A stretch of DNA of 62,010 nt, the filler included, from Nemertoderma westbladi (Eukaryota; Animalia; Xenacoelomorpha): the NCBI GenBank assembly GCA_032718475.1. It is 3 parts of 3 records of this genome, joined end to end, with 100 filler letters (N's around TTAATTAATTAA, not from the genome) between each part and the next. Parts side by side here need not be neighbours in the genome. Positions count along the whole stretch, not along the records: positions 44,822 to 62,010 come from JAUCBJ010007853.1; 2 more parts are not named here. The stretch is one strand, 5' to 3'. Position numbers and translations under genes: made by a program. Numbering within the stretch: position 1 is the first letter of the stretch; every line of letters begins with the position of its first letter. The notes below the pieces were generated by a model. The model saw nothing but the letters and a program-made list of their open reading frames with translations, had not been told where the DNA came from and ran no database searches. Below, one piece after another: positions 47,561-60,787 of the stretch.

Positions 47561-49112
47561 CCCTATTAGTACCGGGCTATAAAATGTTGTACAAATACCG
47601 GGAGGGGGTCATATTGACCCCCCCCCTCTAAAATCTACAAATATTTACGAAAACGTCTGATTTTTTGTTTGTACGTAGGTATCACTTGTCTGGATCCGAC
47701 CGAAAAAAAAATTTCGAAAAAAATGTACTGGGGTGGTTATATTGCAGCACCAAAATTACAAGTAGTGCACAATTTTCATCAAATTTGAAAGTTACATTTT
47801 CGGCTAATTATTTTTCAATACAGGTTTTCTGGGGTGCAAAATACATTGGAAAATATTAAAAAATGATATGATTACTATAAATGGCTGTTTAGTCCTCTCT
47901 GCGTAGGAAAAAAATGAAAAAAACAAGTAACCAGCACTTTTCAGTTAGAACACAAAATTTTTAATTCACTTATATGATGCTATAAATTCACATTTTCAGG
48001 TTTTCGAGGGCGCTGATTCTAATGGAATACATTTCTAATATGCCAGATCATTGCTACTTGTATTTTTCGGCGTTTTTTGGCAAATTTTGGTGCTAGCACC
48101 AAATTTCGTACCCATCACCAAAAAGTACAAGTTTGCGATGTCCAGTGCTGTTTTTATTGATTCCATCGGATTCAGGACCCTCATAAACCCGTATAACGCA
48201 AGAAACAAGGTGATACTATCTACTTATCAATTTGCATATTTTCCAAAATTTGGTGCTGGCACAACAATTTTCACCCACCGGCGAAAAATACCATTTTGAG
48301 AACACTTATGAAATTTTTACTGATTCCATTGAATTCAGAACCATCACAAACCCATATAACGCAAGAAACAAGGTGACACAATCAATTGATATATTTGATG
48401 GTTTTCAAAATTTGGTGCTAGCACCACATTTTGCACCCACATCCGAAAAATACAAGTTTGAGATGTCTAGTTCGATAATTATATTTTCCATTGAATTCAG
48501 AACAGCCATAAACCTCTAAAACCCAAGAAATAAGTTGTCACAAGCAATTTTATCTGTTGAATGGATTTTCAAAATTTCGTGCTTGCACCAAAATTTGCAC
48601 ACAGCACCGAAAAATACAAGTTTGATACGCTTGGTGCAACTCGTATATATTTCATCGAATCTAGAAACCCAAAAAACCCCAATTGCGTAAAAAACAAGTT
48701 TCAAACGATCAATTTACAAAATTGACTTATTTCAAAATTTGGTGCTGGCACCAAAATTTGGCAACCACCGAAAAAAACAAGTTTGAAATTTCTAAATCAA
48801 TTTATATGAATTCCATCCAATTTCTAACACCAAAAAACCGGTGTAAATCAAAAATAGAGAAGTTACAATTCATATTTAATGAAATGTAATTTTCAAAAAA
48901 CGTCTCAAAAAAAGTGCCAAAAGTAGGGTTAAAAAATGGTGCTATAACTTGAAAAGTACCCAATATTTTTGAAAACGGTTTTCACTACTAGGAAGACAAT
49001 AGATTTTTAGGAAAAGTCATAAAATTTCAGATTCCCAACTGCGTTTGTTTCAGATTTATAATAAAAAAACCACGGGAGGGGTCATATTGACCCCCCCCCG
49101 GGTTTAATAGGG
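47561..49112. mobile_element. piggyBac-like non-autonomous element
   Basis: TTAA|CCCTATTAGTACCGGG ... CCCGGGTTTAATAGGG|TTAA. Palindromic subterminal GGGGTCATATTGACCCC at both ends. Internal degenerate repeats of about 120 bp. Confidence 0.88.
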
Positions 49113-51849
49113 TTAACTTACTAGGAAATAAAACCGACAGAAATAAGTAAGCTCCAAAAGAAACAAGGGGTGTACAGTCCCTAATCTCTTAAACAGCCTA
49201 CCGGTATACAATAATCAAAATCGAATAATACTAAATGTACTTGTACAGCAGTACCGGTACCGGTGATGACAGTTAGGCCTACTGACCTACAGAAGTACCG
49301 GTTCAGTTTTACCAGTCACTACGGTATTTTGCAACCTTATTGCTTACTGCAATAAGATTATAAACTGTTACTGTTCGCGCTTTTGAAGACCTTTAGCAGT
49401 TTAACCTGCCAAAATTTATATGTCTTTTAGTTAATTAAAACCACTTTAGCATACGACAATATTTTATGCTAATACGCAAAACATTAGCCGAAGTCAGCCC
49501 ATGCGCGATCATTCACCCGATGGATCTACACCCGGGAGGCTGAATTCGGATGCTTAAATTGTATTATTGCAGTGTAAGGTTGCAGTGTATACCTACTGTA
49601 TTATTCGATAGATCGTTAATAATTAATCTCTGACAGATATTATTGGCTTTCGGGAAATATTAACAGTTCCTTTAGGACGTGGCGCTTTATCTATTTAAAC
49701 AGAACTAAGACTTATACTAAAACGCAACGATACCGCTTATGATTAAAGTATAAAGCGTATTCTTTAGGAAATACTTTGTTGCCAATCACAATCATACACA
49801 CTATTCTGCCGACCGTCAGTATATTTGATCACACATAAAGAGAGCAGCAATTGACTCACGTAGGGTCTGCTAAATAACATTGGATTCAATACACACCACA
49901 TTAATATAAATCGCAATTGTTATGTATAGCCGGTCTCTCTAACCTGTAGTGTATCAAGAAAATTGGGAATTTGGGTGATTTATCCGTATTATCCAAAGAG
50001 CAATATTTCCATCAACAAATAGGTACAATTAATAACTGACGGTAAAATAACAGTACAAACAATATGATTAATGCAGTTAAATTAAGTGAGTATGTTAATT
50101 AGTTAGTGAGTTCGTTTCGATTCGGTAACAGTTTATACTTTCGATAATTTAAGCAGTTTTACTAGAGTTCTTCCCAAAAAGCCGGTGTTATGGCGAAAAT
50201 GGGAACACAACAACAGAATCATATAAAATCATATAACTACTGCTACTATACGAGTATACCAAAACTCTTATTCCACGAAGCCCCGTTCAACACAGAGGAT
50301 GAGCAGTGAGATAGGAAATTCAGTTCAGTAGCGCTGGGATAGGTCGAAATCAACGCCTACGCAAATTCTATTGGCCGACACGGACAGCAGGGTATAAGCT
50401 ACCTCCCTAAACTAGTTGGCCGATTAAACTGAGCCCAGATATCTCCGTACAGCACATCAGCCAATAAGCTGGTAGCTTGCACTATTTTAGTTATAAATCC
50501 CTTTGAGAGTATTTTAGCGACCGGGGGGGAACTGGCCAGCAAAGGCAAACGTATCAGTTATCCCACAAAAGCTTTTACAATAGGCGACTTTTTGCTACTC
50601 TCCATATACCGTATTGAGTATTGTGTATGTAGGCCTGCTGTATATGATATATGTAATTCGACCAGCGCACCACTTGCTAGTTACTCTCAGTAGGAAAAGT
50701 GACATGAGGTCAGACTTTTTTTTATAGGCCTACAGTATATAGAGAAAGTATAGACCTGAATGACATGTGGGAGTTAGATGTTATTTGAAATAGGTTATGT
50801 GTAATATATTTTTCTAATGTGTTTCTTTAACCATTAAACATAATTACCTGTTACTTCTTTATTCTATTAAATTTATACACAGTGTACTCTGTGTACTGTA
50901 CATTATTGCCAATTATACTGCTCTTTCAACTATTTACGATATCAATAGAAATTAAAGAGACATGAGTTTCTAACCACACATTTGTCTTTAAGAATTATGG
51001 GAAAAGACCATCTTATTGAAGCATACTTTTCTAACCAAAACAATAAAGGTATTTCTTAAAAATTAAGAGAAAGGAGCAGGTTAGATAGATAGGCAAGCAT
51101 TTACCATCCCGGCTATTTAATATCTCGTCTTATGTTTAATTTTCAATTAAGGGAAAGGAGCAGGTTACAGTGGCACGTTTTCTAACCAAAACAATAAACG
51201 AAACTCAATGTAATAGCTTAAAGTTAAATGTTTCAGATAAATGAATGACTGAAACGTTTTAACAAATTAAAGAAAAGGAGCAGGTTACAGTGGCTCGTTT
51301 TTCTAACCAAAACAATAAACGAAAAACAATAGGCCTAGATCACGTTACAATTTTGTTATTGGGATAAATGTAAGGTTGAAACGTATCTTACCAAATTATC
51401 TTGGAACTATACCATCTCGGCTAATTATTATATCGTATCAATGTTAAGTTTTCAATTAAGGGAAAGGAGCCGGTTACAGTGGGACATTATTCTAAACAAA
51501 CCAATAAACGAAGCCAATAAAATAGTTATATGCGTTTTCCCCCTGGCTGGAGAGTGATAAATTTCGATTGCGTTGAACCCCCCCCCCCCCCCCCCCCCCC
51601 CATCTGTCAGGTAGACATTCACCAACCCCCTTGTCTATATTGCCTATTTGGAGATATTTGGCAATAAATATATATGAAGTACGCATGTGTATTTAACTGA
51701 ACAGAACAGACAGTGAAGAAACAAATATGTTTATATTCAATGGTTAAGAATATCAGAAGCAGAGGTAAAATAGATTCTACATCTATCAGTCTATCTCTTT
51801 ATATCTTTAAACTATTCAATAGTGTGAACTGCGGCTAAGTCGCAAGTGG

Positions 51850-52185
51850 TCGGCTGGTCGTCTTACGTACTGTATATCATCATAAGCCTATAATAGACTA
51901 TATGGAGCAATGGAGGGTCGCTAAAAGTCACAAAACTTTATATGTAGACTATAGATGGAGCCGACATTCCCGACCAAATAGATTATTCCGACCACCTCTT
52001 GGGCCATGTATAACGGCGACTATTCGACCCAGTGAACTGAGGGTAAGTCCCAAGTGTTCGGCTAGTCGGCTTACATATATCATCATAGGTCTACAATAGA
52101 CTGTATATGGAGGGTCGCTAAAAGTCGCAAACCTTTATATAGAAACTATAGATGGAGCCGACTTTGCCGACCAAATCGACTCTAT
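51850..52185 (+). repeat. Direct duplication, period about 209 bp
   Basis: ATGGAGGGTCGCTAAAAGTC...ACTATAGATGGAGCCGAC...CCGACCAAAT occurs twice. Confidence 0.8.
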
Positions 52186-52474
52186 TACTCTATTACTAAC
52201 TAATATATATAGTACGTAGTTATACCAATTAACCAATCAAATGCTGTACATGATAATGAGGGGCAGTATTTAGGGTAGACGCATTGTTATTGGATTCATA
52301 TAGCCGACCACTGCGTCGATTTCCCCTGGAGAGGATACAATTTTTCTACCGTCGAAAGTCCCCCCCCCCCCCCCCCTATCTGCAAATTTATAATAAGCGC
52401 TAATAAAGAAAAGTATGCTCCAAAGGAATATGGCACTGGAATACGGCAACGGCATGTTAAAGCGCTACTGCAGC

Positions 52475-52706
52475 GGCGGGGTAGCTCAGTTGGTTGAGCG
52501 CCGAGCCTGCAATCTAATGGTTGTAGGTTCAGCCCCGCCAGGGTCCACTCAGCCTTTCATCCAATGGGGTCGATAAAATGAGTACCAGTTAAATAACTGG
52601 GAGCAAATCTTGGGATAGTTGTAGCGCCCACCCCTACCCTCGGGTAGCAGCCATCGAAAGAGGAGCCTTCGGGTCGCCTCCGGCTTCGGCCGACTGTTTG
52701 CTTGCA
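52475..52706 (+). mobile_element. tRNA(Cys)-derived SINE, copy 2
   Basis: Near-identical to 28964-29202 with a handful of substitutions and a shorter TTTGC tail. Confidence 0.88.
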
Positions 52707-53817
52707 CGGGAGAGACATGGTAATTTATTTTTATTCATTGAATATCCAATTTATTTTTTATGTAATTATAATAATTACGACATTCTGGAGGGGTAGAGTC
52801 TCTATAACTGGTGCCATCTTCTTCACGCCGCATGTTTAATTTCTTTTTATCCACCGGCAACCGTGTCTTTTTATTTTCATTGTTTTTACTTTCTTGTGGT
52901 CTTTTAACATTTTAGATTAATTGTATAACGAACAGACTCACTATTCATACAGTAGGCCTATATAGTACCGGTACAAATTTTAACGTAGTACTTTCAAATT
53001 TCACTTTTTGCTTCATTCTTCCTCAATATGGTTTCATCTCCTCTCTTTTATTATTCTGATAAAGTAGTTCCACTATATATCAAAATATTGGTTAAAAATT
53101 AAATACTTTGACAGATAGTTTAAATAATTTAAGTTCAATTCTAATAACAGCGTTTGTTACCAGTTAAAACTTGTTAAATTAAATTTGAATAATTTAAATT
53201 TATGGAAATATTAAAAAAAGAAGGGCAGAAAGAAGATAAAGGGGGGGGGGGGGGGTCGAAATGTTTGTCCAAGGGTAGAAACGCCGTGTCAAAGGACAAA
53301 CAACACTGACAAATAATAATAAGAGAAAGGAACAGGTTACAGCTTACAGCTTACAGAGACTAATTTTTCTAGCCAAATCAATAAACGATGTCGATACGGT
53401 CAACGGTACCAATTGATGGAAAGTAGCAGAGGAAGACCGTGACTCTTTCGATCCGTTGACCAAAGACGGATGAAGGGGTCTTCTCAATATTTATTATGCA
53501 TATACGTTGTCATATACGTTGTCACGGTCTCCATAGACACATAACAAACTGAATTACAGTTCGTGAGTTCGAAAAAAATACAAAATAATGTTAGCCTAGC
53601 CAATAACCACGAGATCATCCCTTCATCAACCATTAGTTACTTTGCACGTCTTATTTATTTATTTATTTATTTTACTAATTAGATAAGGAGACGAAGAGAT
53701 ACAGTAGAATAAACATCCTATTTTCTAAATTTCTAATTTATCTGACGAGACAACGTAACTTATAAGATTTTCCCCACCCAAGGTGAGGTTGTGTTTCGCG
53801 GAGAATTGGGAAGCAAT

Positions 53818-54872
53818 CAAGGTGTACTAAATAACAGGTTATGCAGCGAGCGGATTGTTGAAATTAGCGTGGGCCGATCGTTTCCCTATTTATGGCACTA
53901 TTTTCATAATATTTCCTTAGAAACTTCTTTCTTCTACTTTTGTTAGGTGGATATGATGACGAGGGTTAATAGACATGTAATAAAATGTGCTTCTGGAATT
54001 TTTAGCTTGTAGTTGCCAAGGTAACCAGGTGCAAAGTTCAAACTTTGCGCGCCTGTATTTCAAGGCAACAATGGATTCTTCCCTTGAGATTTGGTAGGTG
54101 ATTAAAGGAAAGCAAAGTCTATCAAAATGTTTTACATTTGAATTTGTTTATATTCACGTTGCCATGGAAATACGTATAATGAAAAATTAGAAAAATTGTC
54201 TACCAATTCTATAAAACACCACTTTTATTCGGTTTGTCAGTCTAAATAATAAGTTAAAATTGCCAACATTTTATTTTATAATTCGTCAATTGTGAATCAT
54301 ATTTTTAAAAGTCAATATTTGCCAATAAACTAAACTGTCCAATCAGAGAGCAAGACCTGTGACAGCATGATTTTGACATTCCAGAATATTAAATTTCGGT
54401 TAGCAATTATTAGAAATAAAGGACAGCCACCAGGCATGTTTGTTGAAAATTATATAAGTAGTAAATAGTAGCCCAATTTCTCTCTGGCGGTCATAATGGG
54501 AAATTATCGTAATTCCCGTCACCATGGAAACGGGATTGAAAATAAATTTCAATGTAAAATATTGAGATAGACTTTTATTTGCTTTACTCATATACCAAAT
54601 CTCAAGAACAGAATCCCTTGACGTCTTGAATTACAGGCGCTCGAAATTTGAACTTTGAACCCGGTTACCTTGGCAACTACAAGATAAAAATTCCAGAAAG
54701 ACATTTTATTACATTTCTATGAACCCTAGTCGTCATATCCTCCTAACCAAAGTTGCATAAGAGAGGTTTCTAAGAAAATATTATGAAAATAGTGTCATAA
54801 ATAGGGAAACGATCGGCCTCCGCTAATTTCAGGAAACCGCTCGCTGCTTGACGTGTTATTTAGTACACATTG
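53818..54872. mobile_element. Long-TIR MITE, P-element-like (CAAGG terminus, 8-bp TSD)
   Basis: CAAGGTGTACTAAATAACA...GGCCGATCGTTTCCCTATTTATG mirrored by CATAAATAGGGAAACGATCGGCC...TGTTATTTAGTACACATTG over about 350 bp. TSD GAAGCAAT at 53810-53817 and 54873-54880. Confidence 0.85.
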
Positions 54873-57068
54873 GAAGCAATTGACTCACTTTTGACTAAGG
54901 AATTCCATGTTACATTCCCCGAGTAACTAGTTTGAGGGTTGTTAAATTGAGATTGAGGTACTGCTACAGCCCTATACCACTCCACTCACATTAATTCAGC
55001 ATATGGCCTGCAGCTAGCTACTAAACTAAATGTCAGTGTTATTAAATTAAAGTATGTCTGTGATGTCTAGATTTCATATATAGTAATACAGTGTATATTG
55101 TGCTATTTCTCTTATATTATTCATACTTGAATAATATAATACATATCCCAATGCATCATATTTATTTGACAGATTGTAAAAATTTAATTTGCTTTAGTCT
55201 ACACTGTACTTAAAAATACTATTATTTTGAAAACAACGGTGCAATACTTAATACGCGCTATATCATAATATGTTAAATTACATTTCAAGTTTATTGTTAG
55301 TTGTTACAGCAGAGCAGATTGTATATATAAGAGAGTGTTAAATTTACCTTGGGAATTTGTCTTCCTTAATTAAATAATACCATTTTTTGGCAGTATAATA
55401 ACAGTCATAAGATTGTGAACGACTTGCTAATTATACTAATTGTATTGTGAGCAGGTCTCATCAATTTGTTTTCAACTAACTATATTCAGCTTGGGTGGTG
55501 TGACGTATTTCACTGAAAGGAACAGTCTGTCTCTGAAGTCTATTGTGGGAACATTTCCAAATAGTTAATGGAAACTATTTATGGTAATGTGAATATATAC
55601 CGGTACTAATAATTACTTGCGTCATACTTGTTATCATTCGTGCAATAATTAATATAAATACCACATCGATAAATTATTATCCTCAATCTACTAATATAAT
55701 TTGTATTTAAAATCGAATTAACACTAATTTTAAATTCGGTAATTTGCACTTTCAGGTACTAACACTTCAGTTTGCAGATAGATGGCGAATCTGGCCCCAA
55801 AAAAATTCATCCTTCTCCAGGGGAAATTGGACACAAATAAAAGCTGATTACTCTCAAAAATAAAACTGAACCTGTTCTATTGTGTTTAGTTTATTGTTTT
55901 GGTTAAAATAACGTGCCACTGTAACCTGCTCCTTTCCCTACATAAATTGAGAATTTAACATTGAGCATATTAATTCGCCAAGATGGGATTAGCTTCCAGT
56001 CCCCCCCCCCCTTGTCTCTCAATTTGTTACTCCCAGATTACAACCATTTTTGTAAATCGGTTTAAACCTTAATTAATACTGGTAATATTTTACCATAATA
56101 TATACTGGTAATATTTAGGTACTGTATTACAGAGTCTCTCGGCGTTTATAGGACATATCGGAACCGGACAATTCGATCACTGACAATTCCAATCCATTTT
56201 TAAAAATTATATTTTTTAGATCCCATTTGTCAGTATCTCCCTCTCTCTAATTAGCCAGAGATTCAATAGGTCGACTACTCAAACTAGAAAGAATTCATAA
56301 TTTGTTCAATTTATAAATAAATTTAATTTTGTATTTTTGTTTTGTAACTATATATTTTTTGGTATATTAACTTACATTTATAGCTAAGCAGTGTGCTTCT
56401 GAGAGACAGGGGGGGGGGGGTTCTTAAAAATTCACCAGGGGGGCGCAAGCGCACCATACAATGTTACGCCGATGCCTGTCCCTAACCCTAAGTCATAATC
56501 TAAATCTGCTAAGAAATTCCAGTAACTTTTTTAGATTATGAGAAAATAGGATTCTTTTAGTTACAGTGGCATAAGAGGGGCCTTATTCATCAGTATTTTA
56601 ACCAAAACAATAAACGAGTGTCAATAGCATCAATAGCAAAGATACAGTTTAATTTTTATTGTAATCCGATGTTCTTTGCACCGATGTTCCCCTTCCTTCT
56701 ACGAGGACTGCGGGTGATTTATTTTGTTTGCTTTCAAATTGATGATTTGTGATTGTTGGCAATTAGTTATTTGTTGGTCTTGGTAGAAAACAAATCACTA
56801 ATTGGAGGAATGTAACAGTGAAAGCAGGTGAATAGTGAGTGAAACCTTTTTCAAACGCTTGTCAAACTATAAAATTAATTTACATCATATCTTATGAAAT
56901 CAGATTATAGGAATTATCATATACCGGTAATTAAATTTTTCGAATAAATTTGACTAACGAACAATAACTATTAGAGCTAACCTAATACAACCACACACTC
57001 ACTGTATTACGTTTAAATGAAGTAAATTTTAATTTATTAATGAATGTTGCAGTTGTAATGTTTGACTT

Positions 57069-59857
57069 ATGGCTTCTACAATGTTGGGAACAATATTATT
57101 TATATTATGTTTTTTTACCGCAAATGTAGAATCCGCTTACGAACTGAAAGTTATTAGTGACAATGGTGGAGGAACCTCAGGTCTACTGGCTTTCTATTGC
57201 AACGATACCGACAACAATTCATGTGAATCAGGAGATCCCATGTTTATATGTGACGATTTCTGGACAGTAGAGGATGCTACTGTCGCTTGTAGAACATTGA
57301 ATCCAAGTTTTAAGCTTAATGCTACCGCAAATGGTGATCCATACAAATACTCATTGGGAGAGGGAGAAGAGCAACCAAGAATCCTTATGGCGGATGTCAG
57401 CTGCAATGGTCAGGAAAAAGATATATATACATGTTACGAGTTTTGGACAGGCAAAGATGTAAGTAGAGCCTGTAAGAATGCCACTCAGCTGATAGGAGTT
57501 GAATGTGTCATGGAAGAACCTCCAGTTAAAAATGATGTACGTATTGTAACTGAAGTCGGCCAATTCGTTAATTATGGTCGGCTGGAAGTATTTAGAAGCA
57601 GTAAATGGTCTGCCATTTGTTATCAAGGATTTGATATCAATGGTGCTAATATTGCATGTCAAGAAGCTGGTTATAAATCGGCTAAATATTTTACTCATTA
57701 CGAGATGAAACTACATGAGTTCGACACAAAGTCTCCTGTCACTGTCAATTGCAGAAGTGCTAAAAATAATTTCTCGAACTGTATAATAGACGATTCCCAA
57801 TTATGTTCCCATGGTGTTGATATTTTTTGCACTTATCCCGACAATTGGATGTTTACAGACGAGTTATTTCGTTTGGGAATAGATGGAGACCAGTCACTAA
57901 GCAACTTGGGTTTATTGGAGTATTACCACAATGGCAGGTGGGGGTCTGTAGCTATGGGTACCGATACAAATTTAAATCCCACCACTGGTAGCGTTATTTG
58001 CAAACAGTTGGGTTTCCCTGGTTTTGATGGTTTTGATGACACTTTACCTTTTGGTAAAGGACCCATTTGGATGGTAATCCATGAGAACTGCATTACTGGA
58101 CATGAGACCATGTTAACTTCATGTCAAACTCAGGGGGTCGTCGGTTATACAGATTTTAGTCGGGAATCAAACGATTTTAATGTTGGACATAAAAACGATA
58201 TTCGTTTAAAATGCAAAGAAGGGAGTCCTTCTCAACCAAAGATTGTCATAGGAACTAATGATTTAGGGCAAAAGGAAGTATCATGGCAGGCACCTTTGTT
58301 ACCACGTGGAATTGTGGAACAATACGATGTAGAACAACGTTTGCTGTTGTGGGATATGTGTCAGGAGGTTAACACGGTGAGTATTACCTCTCAGAATGGT
58401 CTGTCATTGGATATGACCTCTCTCAATCCATATTCTGAATATGAGATACGAGTGCGAGCGGTAAACCAAGGTAATACTGTTGGCGACTTTAGCGACCCAC
58501 CAATATTACTGACCACACCCAGTGCCAGTCCATTGGGTCTTCCTCTAGATCTACAAGCACACTATACCGCCAACGGCTCCCTGTATGTCAGCTGGTCTCC
58601 CCCAGAGTGTACTAAACGCCAGGGTGAAATTGGAATCTATATGTGGCGTATTACATCTGAAGATGCATTTCTGGATGAAGGCTTTGTTAATTCGACAAAC
58701 TCATTTATCAATAACTTAGATCACAATTTAGTCTACAATGTATCAGTAAAGGCAGGGAACTTGGGAAACATGTTCGGTGAATACAATTCTATTGAAGTAT
58801 CAAAATTACATTGGCCAATCAATATGCCAATATACCTAATTATCGTTCTTATTATTATACTTGTTTTGCTTATTTGTTTGTGTTTGTTTTGTCTGTGGAA
58901 ATGGAGGAGGACGGCCAAAAGGCCCGTAACTAAGGGCGGAGTACCGGAGAACCGCATCGAAATGAGTAACAGAAACGCCATGGATAACTATATGTACGAC
59001 AGTGGATCAGAACAACTGGATCCTCTTCCATCACCAGAGTATCCACGGATACAAGCCGAACAGCTGGTACTTGGTGATGAAATACTTGGTCAAGGTCATT
59101 TCGGATGCGTTCAGCTTGGCAGTATAACTGTAGCCAATGACGTCACTACTGTCGCTGTGAAGAAATTGAAGAGCAAAGAAATCGACGTCACGAAGGTGTT
59201 CTGGCGTGAGATTGATATAATGGCGAGAGTTGGTCGCCATGACCATGTGGTATCGTTGCTGGGCGTTTGTGAGTTGGATAAGGTCATACACGTTGCGATG
59301 GAGTACTGCGAGTTGGGTGATCTCCTCCACTACCTCCGCTCAAATCGTATGTTCCAAGGGAAAGCAAGTAACGCCTACGTAAACACTCGCAACTCGATGG
59401 CTGCCAGCAATATAACAAACAACCAACTCCTGAAGTTTGGCTTAGATGTGGCTAAAGGGATGGAACATTTGTATAAACGCGGAATTCTTCACAGAGATTT
59501 AGCAGCACGTAATGTTCTTTTAACAACTCAGTTGGCATGTAAAGTAAGTGACTTTGGATTGAGTCATGAGGAATCGGTGTATGTAAAGATGTCTCAAAGT
59601 CCATTACCGCTGCGTTGGATGGCTCCAGAATCTCTCATTTACGACGTCTATACGACAAAAAGTGATATTTGGAGTTTTGGAGTGTTATTATGGGAGACAG
59701 AGACACTAGGTGGGACACCATACTATGGTACCTCGAATAAACACGTGATCGAGATGTTGCGAGGCGGGGAGCGGCTGAATAAACCGCTCAACTGCTCGGA
59801 TACGGTATATCAGTTGATGTGGCGCTGCTGGTTGGATGCCCCAAGGGATCGACCACA
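57069..59857 (+). CDS. Receptor tyrosine kinase, coding exon 1: signal peptide, 3 SRCR, 2 FN3, TM, Tie-like kinase
   Basis: SRCR motifs (ICDDFWTVEDATVACRTL; GRLEVFRSSKWSAICYQGFDINGANIACQEAGY; GLLEYYHNGRWGSV...VICKQLGF...GKGPIWM). FN3 motifs (LNPYSEYEIRVRAVN; SLYVSWSPP...YNVSVKAGN). TM IYLIIVLIIILVLLICLCLFCLW. Kinase GQGHFG, VAVK, HRDLAARN, DFG, LPLRWMAPES, SDIWSFG. The ORF ends at splice donor CA|GTAAGT. Confidence 0.95.
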
Positions 59858-60621
59858 GTAAGTTGCTAGTGTCTTTGCGTTATTAGTGTTGCGTTATATG
59901 CGTTATTATTAGGCAACAATTATTTAAAATAACTTTTCATTCAAAATTTTGAGTAATCGCTCAATCTAAGATGTCAGCTTTTATGTCTTCGGCTAACTTT
60001 GACCTATTTGGTTAAAGTGTTATGCAATATTTTTCTACAACACTATACTCATACTTGTACAAAACTCATACTATTAAGTCGAAGGTCTAAATGAGATGAA
60101 GGTACGAAATATGCGATCCCGTTGAAATTTTAACTGTAACCTGTACTAATTCTATCTGTCACCGTAACCAGATTTATTTTAATCTATATACTTATTCGGA
60201 CTGTTGTCTCATTAGAATCTTCGTCTCTCTTTCAGATCTTTTGGTCTCATTTGGACCTTAGCCATAGGATGCTGGTAGTTGTTTTATCTCTGTGGCGTTA
60301 TCCCGTAGGTATAACAATACACAAGTTAATTTTCCAAGAGTAAAAGCAACACATAATGTGTTGTTCTGTCTGTCGAAAAATAACAAAAGAAAAAACTAAA
60401 AATTTATTATTCTATTTAAAAGATTATATTCCGGTAGCCAGAATCCACACTGAGGTAAATGATATAGTTCTTTTTAGTTTTTCTTCTTTTTGGAAAGTGT
60501 TGTTCTGGCTCTATGGTCACGATATAAAATTTTGCTCGTCTGTCTGATGCGTATTGCGTATCTGTGGGTTTATGAGGCAAGTAGAATACTCATGAGTATA
60601 ATTATTGTGATGTTCTACTAG

Positions 60622-60787
60622 CTTTACAGAGATTGTACAAAGATTAACTGAGTTAACTAAATCACCGCCGGATGAAACTCCACTGGAGATGATTGAGAAC
60701 TACCAGTACGAGTCTATAGACGAGGACCTGGGCGACAGAAGATACGATGGTAATCCATGGGAGAACAATCCGATAACGCCGTTGTAA
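60622..60787 (+). CDS. Receptor tyrosine kinase, terminal coding exon (not in ORF track)
   Basis: Acceptor TTCTACTAG|C restores DRP-H-FTEIVQRLTELTKSPPDETPLEMIENYQYESIDEDLGDRRYDGNPWENNPITPL*, completing the RPxF kinase helix. AATAAA at about 60829. Coordinates are +/-1 because the printed line at 60601 has an extra character. Confidence 0.85.
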
